From: Promethearchaeota archaeon
Lineage (GTDB): Archaea; Asgardarchaeota; Lokiarchaeia; Sigyniarchaeales; SOKP01
Assembly: GCA_048939995.1 (NCBI GenBank)
Contig: JBHLOY010000021.1
Coordinates: 1-26,200, forward strand
Length of the DNA stretch: 26,200 bases
Reading direction: 5' to 3'
Shown here: piece by piece, positions 1 to 8,484 of the stretch
Numbering within the stretch: the stretch's first letter is position 1
Layout: every line of letters starts with the position of its first letter
Made by a program: the position numbers and the translations under genes
The notes under the pieces: generated by a model
Told to the model about the DNA's origin: nothing
What the model saw: the letters and a program-made list of their open reading frames with translations, nothing else
Database searches by the model: none

Positions 1-1548
1 GGATTAGATGCTATAATTAAGGGGGCACCTTTAAGTCTTATTTCAATAGCCGCAATGGTTCCAGATCATGATGCGAAATTATTTGATTTTAAAGTGGACA
101 AATATCGAGAAAAGAGGTTTCGCAGTGATTTAAACCGATATGATGTAGTAGCTATTACAAGTATGACACCTCAAATATATCACGCATTCGAGGTCGCACA
201 AATGGCTAAAGAACAAGGTTGTCATACAATATTAGGAGGATATCATCCTACTTTAGCACCCAAATTCGTAGCACGCCATCCAGACGTAGATTTCGTTGTT
301 CGAGGTGAAGGAGAACATACTTTTAAAGAATTAATTGATTATCTTGACGGGAATAAAAATAATACTTCATTAAATCAAATTGATGGTTTATCATATAAGG
401 ATAAAGATGGAATAGTAAAACATAATGAAGAACGTCAATTAGAATTTAATTTAGATAACTTTCCAATACCTCGAAGAGATTTATTAGATGATGCAAAATA
501 TGTTTATTTAGGTGCAAGAGTAGCTCAACTTGAAACTTCACGTGGTTGTCCCCATAATTGTAAATTCTGTTGCATTATTAAAATGTGGAGGAATTCAAAT
601 AAACCTGTAACTTATAGAACAAAATCAATTAAAAGGATCATGCGAGAAATTTATGAAGTCGATTGGAAAAATGATTTTATCTTTTTCTGTGAAGATAATT
701 TTACTATTAAAATAAAACGGACAAAAAAAATACTCGAGACTATGATTCGGTCGGGAGTCCCAAATAAAATTTACTTTTCCTGCCAGTCTCGAGTTGATAC
801 ATTATATCGAAACCCTTTTTTGGTTGATTTAATGCATAAGGCAGGTATGAGACAAGTTTTTCTAGGGATTGAATCAGTTCACCAACAAAGCCTTGATGCT
901 ATGAATAAACAAAATACTACTCCTGAAATGGTTAAAAAAGTTGTATCTATGCTTCAAGACCGGGGAATTTCCATATTTGGAGGCGTTATTATAGGATTTC
1001 CAGGTGAAACTAAAACAATGGTGAGACAAAATATTCAATTTGCTCGATCCCTCAATCTCACTTGTATTCAATTTACTCCCATTACCGCATTTCCGGGAAC
1101 AGAGTTCTACAATGAAATGTCAAAAAAGAACATGGTTACTTCTAAAGATTATAGGCATTATGATTTATTCCATCCAATGATGCATACAGAACAACTAACA
1201 ACTAATGAAATATATAAATTAGTAGGGGAAGCATATTCAGCATATTATCTTAGTAAAGGTTGGCTTCAAATGCTCATAAAAAGATATACTAATCCTTTTG
1301 GTAAATTTAATTGGATGGGCCGAAATGTACCACGCTTTGCTAAAACTGTGATTAAAAGCGGAAATGATATGCTTCATTCAATGGGAATGAATAAATCGAT
1401 AATTTCTGATGAATTAAAAGAATTTATGAAATACGGAATACCCGATACAAAATTAATGACTAAAAAATCTGATAAAAAAATCGAGAATATCATTTATACT
1501 AGAAAAACACAAAAATTGGCAGAAATCCCATCCACCTCATCATATTAA
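1..1548 (+). CDS. B12-binding radical SAM protein (class B-like; BchE/HpnP/Grs-type architecture), 5' end outside the window
   Basis: The frame is open from base 1 (GLDAIIKGAPLSLISIAAMV, resembling the P-L-G-L-x-x-I-A-A motif at the start of cobalamin-binding domains), so the ATG at 55 is internal. It has the B12-domain motifs GGYHPT and VRGEGE, the radical SAM motif SRGCPHNCKFC (CxxxCxxC), and EDNF, GIES and IIGFPGET. Confidence 0.9.
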   Translation, partial: GLDAIIKGAPLSLISIAAMVPDHDAKLFDFKVDKYREKRFRSDLNRYDVVAITSMTPQIYHAFEVAQMAKEQGCHTILGGYHPTLAPKFVARHPDVDFVVRGEGEHTFKELIDYLDGNKNNTSLNQIDGLSYKDKDGIVKHNEERQLEFNLDNFPIPRRDLLDDAKYVYLGARVAQLETSRGCPHNCKFCCIIKMWRNSNKPVTYRTKSIKRIMREIYEVDWKNDFIFFCEDNFTIKIKRTKKILETMIRSGVPNKIYFSCQSRVDTLYRNPFLVDLMHKAGMRQVFLGIESVHQQSLDAMNKQNTTPEMVKKVVSMLQDRGISIFGGVIIGFPGETKTMVRQNIQFARSLNLTCIQFTPITAFPGTEFYNEMSKKNMVTSKDYRHYDLFHPMMHTEQLTTNEIYKLVGEAYSAYYLSKGWLQMLIKRYTNPFGKFNWMGRNVPRFAKTVIKSGNDMLHSMGMNKSIISDELKEFMKYGIPDTKLMTKKSDKKIENIIYTRKTQKLAEIPSTSSY

Positions 1549-1730
1549 AACATTTAAATTATTGAAATTATAGGTCTAAATTTGCTAGTATCTGAAATAT
1601 CTAAACCTTGATAAATTTATCACATTTTTTTAAAATTTTATAATTATATTAAATGTTCAATAATAATTCTTAAAATTGCATACATCTCTTTTTTATAAAA
1701 ATCTTTCAGAGATATATATTTTAAATTCAA

Positions 1731-3902
1731 ATGAAGAAAGTTATCCATAATATGCAATCTCCTAAATTGGAGTATTTCAATGGGCAATTTTTAAAAAGGG
1801 ATAAGATACTCTATCGACATTATCAAGAAAACATTGTTAAGAGTTGTCTTAAAAAAAATTCTTTGGTAGTTTTACCCACTGGTTTAGGAAAAACTATTAT
1901 TGGCATTTTACTTGCAGTAAAAGCTTTGGAAAAATATCCAGAGTCTAGGATCTTGATCTTAGCCCCAACAAGACCATTAGTTTCCCAACATAAATCATCA
2001 TGCCAAAAATTTTTAAATTTTGATAAGGAGACGATAACTTCATTCACGGGAAAAATAAAACCAGATAAAAGAATGCTGCTTTTTAATAATTCTCAAATAA
2101 TAATTTCTACACCTCAAATAATAAAAAATGATATTGAAAGAGGTAGATATGATTTAAAACACGTTTCTTTAGTTATTTTTGATGAGGGTCATCGAACTAA
2201 AGGAAATTATGCTTATAACTTTATTTCTAATGAATATATCTCTACATGTACAGATCCTTTGATCTTAGCTTTAACAGCATCACCAGGTAAAGATTATCTC
2301 CATATTCAACAATTGTGTAATAATTTGTTTATCGAAAATGTTATTTTCAAATCCTATGAAGACAATGATGTCCAAAAATATATATATAATATCGATACGT
2401 TTTTAGAATTTGTAAATGTCCCAATTAAAGTTTTAGAGATTAATGCTGTATGGTACAATCTATTTGAAAAATATTTGAGACTTTTTATTGAATGGGATTT
2501 AATGAAACCCAATAAACCTTATTATTCAAAATTAGAATTTCTAGCACTTGCTCAAGATTTAACTCTTTCATTACGATATGAAAATGGATATGAATCTGAA
2601 TTATCAGAAGAAGAATATAATGATTTATTATATTATCAAAATCCAAAAGTTATCGATATCATTAAGGAAAAAGATCTTAATATTCAAACAATCTATTCTT
2701 ATTGTTCAAGTTGTATTAGCATACTGCATGGTAAAGATCTATTAGAAACCCAAAATTATTCTCTTTTTAAATCATTCTTAGAAAAAATTGCTTCCAAATC
2801 AAGCCGAAACATTTTATCAGCAAAAAGGATCACTAATTCAGAACATTACAATTTCATTAGGACTCTATTAGAAAATAGTATCAATGAGGAACTAGCGCAT
2901 CCGAAAATCGATAAGATATTTTCCATAATTAAACAGGAAACTGAAGATTACAATAATCGAACTATTCTAGTTTTTACCCAATTCCGCGAGATGGCAGAAT
3001 ATCTAAAAAATGAAATTAATAATAAGTTTAATGAAAAATTAAATGTAGAGAAATTTATTGGTCAGGCATCTAAATCTGGTGATATTGGATTCCCTCAAGA
3101 TAGACAAATAGAAATTCTTGATGAATTTAGGGAAGGAAAAATAAATGTTTTAATTGCGACTAGTGTTGCTGAAGAAGGTCTTGATATTCCCAATGTGGAT
3201 GCAATAATTTTCTATGAGCCTGTTCCGTCTGAAATCCGTTTAATTCAAAGAAGAGGTAGAACTGGAAGGCACGCGCCCGGTAGGTGCTATATTCTTCTTA
3301 CTCGAGGAACCGTAGACGTTCCCTTTCATAAAGTAGCTTTACGGAAAGAAAATATAATGAATTCAATTCTCTTAAAACCTAAAAATTTAGCTTTGTGTGA
3401 TTCAATAGAACGGGAAAAAATTAAATTTAACACACAATTGTCTTTTAATCAGTTAGATATTCTCAAAAATTTTAAAGATCGCAGAGATAGAGAGAGAGAA
3501 TTCCTTGTAAACCGTTCAGTTGATGAAATTATTATAGAAATAGATAATTTTCTCGAAAGTGAAGAATATAAAAAGTTAAAGGAACACGGGATAACCTCTC
3601 TAAATGAGATAATCAAATTTGATAAAAAAAAATTAAAAAATTCTTTATTAAAAATAAAAGGGAAGAAACCCAATCAACTTAAAAAGAAAAAAGTAAGTTT
3701 AAATAAAAATGTAAAGACTCTTATCAATATAATTAAACTCTATGGGATAGAGGGCACAATAAACTTTATAAAACTTCAAAACCTTGCAGGTGAGGAAGAT
3801 TTAAAAGATGACAAGTTTTATATTCACTTTAATCACGCTTGTCATTTAGGTTATCTACGTAAAGAATCTAATCTAGTCAAATTAGTTTCAGATTACGAAT
3901 AA
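1731..3902 (+). CDS. hef: Hef/FANCM/Mph1-family SF2 helicase without a C-terminal ERCC4 nuclease domain
   Basis: Motifs: Q (YQ), I LPTGLGKT, Ia LAPTRPLVSQH, II DEGH, III TASPG, IV VFTQFRE, FIGQ, V ATSVAEEGLDIP, YEPVPSEIRLIQRRGRTGR (VI). This is the typical Hef signature. The true start may be the ATG at 1752. Confidence 0.9.
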   Translation: MKKVIHNMQSPKLEYFNGQFLKRDKILYRHYQENIVKSCLKKNSLVVLPTGLGKTIIGILLAVKALEKYPESRILILAPTRPLVSQHKSSCQKFLNFDKETITSFTGKIKPDKRMLLFNNSQIIISTPQIIKNDIERGRYDLKHVSLVIFDEGHRTKGNYAYNFISNEYISTCTDPLILALTASPGKDYLHIQQLCNNLFIENVIFKSYEDNDVQKYIYNIDTFLEFVNVPIKVLEINAVWYNLFEKYLRLFIEWDLMKPNKPYYSKLEFLALAQDLTLSLRYENGYESELSEEEYNDLLYYQNPKVIDIIKEKDLNIQTIYSYCSSCISILHGKDLLETQNYSLFKSFLEKIASKSSRNILSAKRITNSEHYNFIRTLLENSINEELAHPKIDKIFSIIKQETEDYNNRTILVFTQFREMAEYLKNEINNKFNEKLNVEKFIGQASKSGDIGFPQDRQIEILDEFREGKINVLIATSVAEEGLDIPNVDAIIFYEPVPSEIRLIQRRGRTGRHAPGRCYILLTRGTVDVPFHKVALRKENIMNSILLKPKNLALCDSIEREKIKFNTQLSFNQLDILKNFKDRRDREREFLVNRSVDEIIIEIDNFLESEEYKKLKEHGITSLNEIIKFDKKKLKNSLLKIKGKKPNQLKKKKVSLNKNVKTLINIIKLYGIEGTINFIKLQNLAGEEDLKDDKFYIHFNHACHLGYLRKESNLVKLVSDYE

Positions 3903-3910
3903 AACTTAAT

Positions 3911-6900
3911 TTAAATCTTATCTTGTCTTTTTCGCTTAATTAATAAAAATATGGCAAGAGCAATGATTAAGATGATTAGTAAAATATAAATAGTAGGCCC
4001 TGTGACACTTGATAATGAGATAGTAATAGATAAAATTGCAGCTAGGAATGTAAATATGCTATAATTTTGACTGGTAAAACTCTTAAGCCGTCTCCAAAAC
4101 ATATATAGCCTGAAATTCATTTTTTTCATAACTTCCAGTTCACTTTCATCTAATTTTTCTATTACTTGGGGATTTTCATAATATAATCCAATTTGAGGAT
4201 TATATTTACCTTTTAATTTTTCAGAACTAATTAAAGAGATTAAATATTCTTGAATCTTCTGTTTTTTCATATTTAATTCATTTTGGAGAAAACTAATGGT
4301 TAAATATTGATCTGTAACAGCTTTAATTGCCATCGAAACATACGATTTGACAATCAATTCTTCAAGTGATTTTAGTTTTTCATTTAACAATTCTCTATAA
4401 CCTTTAAGGAATTGTTCAAAATCTTCGAGTAAATACTTATTCTTGTTTTCAAAATTCTTCGATTTTCTTTCATACTCTTTTACTGATTGCTTCATATTCT
4501 TCGTGATTTCTTTGATCTCTAAATCGATTTTTTTTTCTCTTTTTTGTATCTTAATATTAGCACGCTTGAATTCTTTATACTCGATATAATCCTCCACTTT
4601 AGTTTGAAGGGTGCCTAACAACTGGCTTAAATATATTTTTGTCTTATTAATTCTTTCCATTAATTCATTTCGATAGGTTTCATCTTTTAATCTATTAATA
4701 TCTTCTACAATTTTATTCAATTTAATATCATAGAAGTTTAAAAACTCATTCTTTCTTGAAACGTAAAATTCTCTAAGTTCAGTTTCAAGTCTTTTAAAAC
4801 TCGAATTTTTACCCAAAGTATCTTTCAGCTTATCATTGATCTTATCCTCAAGCTCTTTAGATTTAGTATCAAATTTAATTTTTTTGACTTCAAATTGCTC
4901 TATTGCTTTTTTGTGAGATTCAAATTTAGTAAGGTCCTCAAAAAATTTTACAAAAGTACCAATAAACTCTGAAAGCAATAAATCATATTCCTTAGAGATA
5001 AAAGTTTGTAATTTGTTGAAGAATTTTAAATTCTCTTTTATCTTTTGAATCGCATTCTTTCCATTTTTTAAGATATTATCCAACTCTTTCTGAGTTGTAA
5101 GATTTTCCTCTCTGTTTTCATCGATCTTGAGTTCCTTTATTTTTATTTCATATTCATTCCTAATGTGTGCTTCAATATTAGAATATTCATTAATTCTACT
5201 TTCCAATTCCAGAATATTTACTGCTAATTTTTTATTTCTTACTCCTGAATCATACAGCGCTAAAATTTTGCCAATCTTTTGCTGGTGATTTTTAATCAAT
5301 TTGGTATCGATAAAAGTATTTAACTCTTTATTTTTATAAAAAGCATCGTTATGAATAATCATGGTTTTTCGCCCTTCATCTAAGTCTCCTTCAAGTTTAG
5401 AAAAATCTATCATTTCTTTTATCAATGAAATTACTGATTTGCACTTTAAATTTAAATTATCGGCTAATTTAGCAAGGTCTATGGTATTAGTATTTCTTTC
5501 TATTGTCCATATCTCTATTTCATTGACAATGATTTGATTCACATAATTTTCTTTAAGATTTTTAATTTCTACACTGAGATAATCTTGAAATTTCTCCCAT
5601 TGAATAATTGAAATAGAATTTTGCTCGAAATTAGGTATTAATATGCTTAAATTGTTTAATTTCTTCAGGTATTGTTTATTTTTATTATCTAATTCTATTA
5701 GTATTTTGTCAAAACCGCTAATTACTTCAGTAATCTTAAGATTTTTAGTAGAGTTTAATCTATTTTTGTATGTTTCGAGACTTGTCTTAGATTCTTGCAT
5801 TTGTTCAGAAATAAAGCTGTCAAAATCATCTATTTTTGCTTTATTTCTCTCTTCAATTACATTGCCCTTAAGAGATTCAACTTGCTCAGCTGTTAAATTT
5901 ATTATTGATGGTTCTAGTTCATCTAATCTTTCTTCTAAATATTTGTAAAGAAGAAAGAGTTTTTGGTTTTTCTTAATTTGATCTTTAACTAATGATTTCA
6001 AGTCTTTTATATCGTCAGTTTTTTGAATAAGCATGAGTTCAGAGTCTTTTCTTATTATTTCGAAAGCTTCTTGAAAATGATTCAAAGAAATTTCATTCTT
6101 AGCTTTTTTTGTAATATCTGAAAACCCAGCCCTGATCTCTTCTTTTACACTTTGTATTTTTTCAAGTGTTACATCAAAAAAGGAAAATCCCTCTTTATAT
6201 TGATTAAAAGTTGATTCAAAATTTTGCTTTAAGTTAACCCAATTCTCGATAATCTTCTTATGTTTCTTAAGAACGTTCTCTTCTTTTATTGTAACTTTTT
6301 GAGATATTTTATAAATTGTATTATCATATTTTAGTATACTATTCTGGATTTTATTGAATTCTTCTCTTATTAAGTTATAACCATTGGTGTTATAACCCGA
6401 ATCCAATTTTTCTCGGAAAAACTTGCGGAAAGAATCTAATACTTTTGTAATAAACTCTCCAATTTCAAAAATTCTATTTTCTAACTCATCTAGAATTATA
6501 TCAAATTTTTTAACTACTTCTTTTTCTCGAATTTTTTCATTAAGGTATTTCTCAACTTGATTTAACTTTTTCTGGATAATAGAGTATACCTTTTTCCATT
6601 GATTAATTTCCGTAACTAAAACAGCTTGTATGTTTATATAACTCATTTCTTGACTAAATGAATTTTCAATATTTTCATTTAAAAAGTCAGCCTCTAATAG
6701 AGCATTTCTTAGGATAAATTTCATCCGTTCCTTGGCATATTCAATTTCATCTAAAAGTAAATAAGATTCTATTTCCTCTTTTATTTGCGTCGACGTACTT
6801 TTCAAGGTTAATGTCATATTATAGATGTCATTTTTTATATCACTCAATTTCTCTTTTTCTTCGAAAAGTTTTTCTGTATCTATTTCCATGTCAGAAATTA

Positions 6901-8317
6901 TAATATTATCCAATATAAACTCTAAATAGAAATAGTATTTTGGTTTTCTAAGAAATCTTGTTTTAGATCGTACATTTCCTTGAAAAAAATTCCTTTTAAT
7001 CATATCCATCATTAGAGGTAAAACATTCTCTTTAATTTTTAAGGGTTCTAAACGATGGTCCTCCTTATATTTCTTGAGAATATCCGAAAGACAAATGATA
7101 CTATTTTGTCTTATTTGGGTATTTATCTCAGTGGCTATCATTTTTAGACCCTCCCCGAGAGATCTAAGATAATTGCTAAACTCAATTGTATTGTCCATAA
7201 TTTTCAGTTTAAAATTATAACTCAAATTGATATATAAGATTATTTCTTCAATCCCATGAGTTAAACCAAAAGAACTTCTTATCTGTTTAATATCTATAAA
7301 TCCTTTCTTTTCTATTTCCTTAAAAATAACCCTTTCAATTTCTCCAATAAACTTCTTCCAGATAAAAGATAAAAGAATTATAAGTTTCGATAGATTAGTC
7401 GACAAATCAAGTGTTTCCAAATTATTATATTCACAAATTTCTTGAATACTTTTGTTAAGAAACGAGTAAATTCTAGCAGGATTGTAATCAACCAACCATG
7501 AAAAATTATTAAAAATATATATTATCCAAAAAGTATCATTTATATTACCTTTCTCATTAGAGAAACTGAATCCGCCATCTTGCATTTGAAATTGATTAAA
7601 ATAGTAAAGTTCTTTATCCTTTACATCCAATTCTAAATCTAAATATTTAATTGCTAAATACTTATATAGCATAGAAGGAAGTTTCTTTCTATTAGTTAAA
7701 TAAGAGCGAAACTGTTCTCCAAATAATCTCACATCACTTCCCAGAATCGTCAAGATTTCAAATATATAAAATAAAGTTTCAGCAGTATATGGATGTTTAT
7801 GAATTTCGCACTTTTTATCAAGACAGTGAAGGAAAATATCACCCTTTTTATGATCATATATGAAATTTTTCAATTTTCTGATAATATCACTCTTTCCTTT
7901 CGAAGAATAATACTCATCCAAAACTCCTAATATATTCAAGCAAGCTAAAGCATAATACGTGGACCAAACGTCAGGTAACGTTTCTAACAAAGGATTTGGT
8001 TTAAAACCTATTTGATCTTTTTCAATTACATCAATTTCACATGATTTTACAAAATCATAGAAAAATTGCCTTTGGTTTACTAAATCTTCTTTAAGGTATT
8101 TTCCTAATAAGATAAACCAATAAAGATATTCTAGATTTAAATTAGGATCTTTTGTTATAACTTTAATACTGGTTTGATAGAATTTTGTGATTTTGTTATA
8201 ATAACTTATGTGAAAACTCCCTATTTTTTTCCGATCTGTTAATGCAAATGACTCAAAAGGTTCCTTCTTGAATTCTGTGATATAAGGGTACGCAGTCTTC
8301 TTTTCTCTATCTATCAA
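3911..8317 (-). CDS. Giant membrane-anchored protein: prenyltransferase-like repeats + winged helices + coiled coils + two PCI-like winged helices + C-terminal TM hairpin
   Basis: 1468-aa ORF with a TTG start and GAGGT upstream at 8326-8330. Prenyltransferase/squalene-cyclase-like repeats: GFKPNP..PDVWSTYYALACLNILG and FQMQDGGFS..NINDTFWII. Long K/E/I/L-rich heptad regions. PCI-like motifs TIDLAKLADNLNLKCKSVISLIKEMIDFSKLEGDLD and LTISFLQNELNMKKQKIQEYLISLISSEKLKGKYN. Two hydrophobic C-terminal segments flanked by WRRLK and KRKR. Confidence 0.75.
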   Translation of the reverse strand: MIDREKKTAYPYITEFKKEPFESFALTDRKKIGSFHISYYNKITKFYQTSIKVITKDPNLNLEYLYWFILLGKYLKEDLVNQRQFFYDFVKSCEIDVIEKDQIGFKPNPLLETLPDVWSTYYALACLNILGVLDEYYSSKGKSDIIRKLKNFIYDHKKGDIFLHCLDKKCEIHKHPYTAETLFYIFEILTILGSDVRLFGEQFRSYLTNRKKLPSMLYKYLAIKYLDLELDVKDKELYYFNQFQMQDGGFSFSNEKGNINDTFWIIYIFNNFSWLVDYNPARIYSFLNKSIQEICEYNNLETLDLSTNLSKLIILLSFIWKKFIGEIERVIFKEIEKKGFIDIKQIRSSFGLTHGIEEIILYINLSYNFKLKIMDNTIEFSNYLRSLGEGLKMIATEINTQIRQNSIICLSDILKKYKEDHRLEPLKIKENVLPLMMDMIKRNFFQGNVRSKTRFLRKPKYYFYLEFILDNIIISDMEIDTEKLFEEKEKLSDIKNDIYNMTLTLKSTSTQIKEEIESYLLLDEIEYAKERMKFILRNALLEADFLNENIENSFSQEMSYINIQAVLVTEINQWKKVYSIIQKKLNQVEKYLNEKIREKEVVKKFDIILDELENRIFEIGEFITKVLDSFRKFFREKLDSGYNTNGYNLIREEFNKIQNSILKYDNTIYKISQKVTIKEENVLKKHKKIIENWVNLKQNFESTFNQYKEGFSFFDVTLEKIQSVKEEIRAGFSDITKKAKNEISLNHFQEAFEIIRKDSELMLIQKTDDIKDLKSLVKDQIKKNQKLFLLYKYLEERLDELEPSIINLTAEQVESLKGNVIEERNKAKIDDFDSFISEQMQESKTSLETYKNRLNSTKNLKITEVISGFDKILIELDNKNKQYLKKLNNLSILIPNFEQNSISIIQWEKFQDYLSVEIKNLKENYVNQIIVNEIEIWTIERNTNTIDLAKLADNLNLKCKSVISLIKEMIDFSKLEGDLDEGRKTMIIHNDAFYKNKELNTFIDTKLIKNHQQKIGKILALYDSGVRNKKLAVNILELESRINEYSNIEAHIRNEYEIKIKELKIDENREENLTTQKELDNILKNGKNAIQKIKENLKFFNKLQTFISKEYDLLLSEFIGTFVKFFEDLTKFESHKKAIEQFEVKKIKFDTKSKELEDKINDKLKDTLGKNSSFKRLETELREFYVSRKNEFLNFYDIKLNKIVEDINRLKDETYRNELMERINKTKIYLSQLLGTLQTKVEDYIEYKEFKRANIKIQKREKKIDLEIKEITKNMKQSVKEYERKSKNFENKNKYLLEDFEQFLKGYRELLNEKLKSLEELIVKSYVSMAIKAVTDQYLTISFLQNELNMKKQKIQEYLISLISSEKLKGKYNPQIGLYYENPQVIEKLDESELEVMKKMNFRLYMFWRRLKSFTSQNYSIFTFLAAILSITISLSSVTGPTIYILLIILIIALAIFLLIKRKRQDKI

Positions 8318-8454
8318 CAGAATTTACCTCTTAAGTCCTTTTGATTATAATGATAATTGTCACATTTATTTTTATGTGGAATCAGTATCTATATTGTCTA
8401 AAAAATTCTAATGATATTAATTTAGAATAGATAAAGACGACAAATACGAAATAA

Positions 8455-8484
8455 AAAGGAAAAAAATAAAGAAATTAGAAAAAA
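8455..8484 (-). terminator. Putative oligo-T terminator after the C13 peptidase gene
   Basis: Several T runs on the minus strand directly after the stop codon (including the A run at 8460-8467 on +). Confidence 0.3.

Noticed and set aside
3911-8317. SMC/Rad50 or dynamin-like assignment for the long coiled-coil protein
   Set aside because: No Walker A/B, ABC signature, hinge/zinc-hook in the coil centre, or GTPase motifs are visible.
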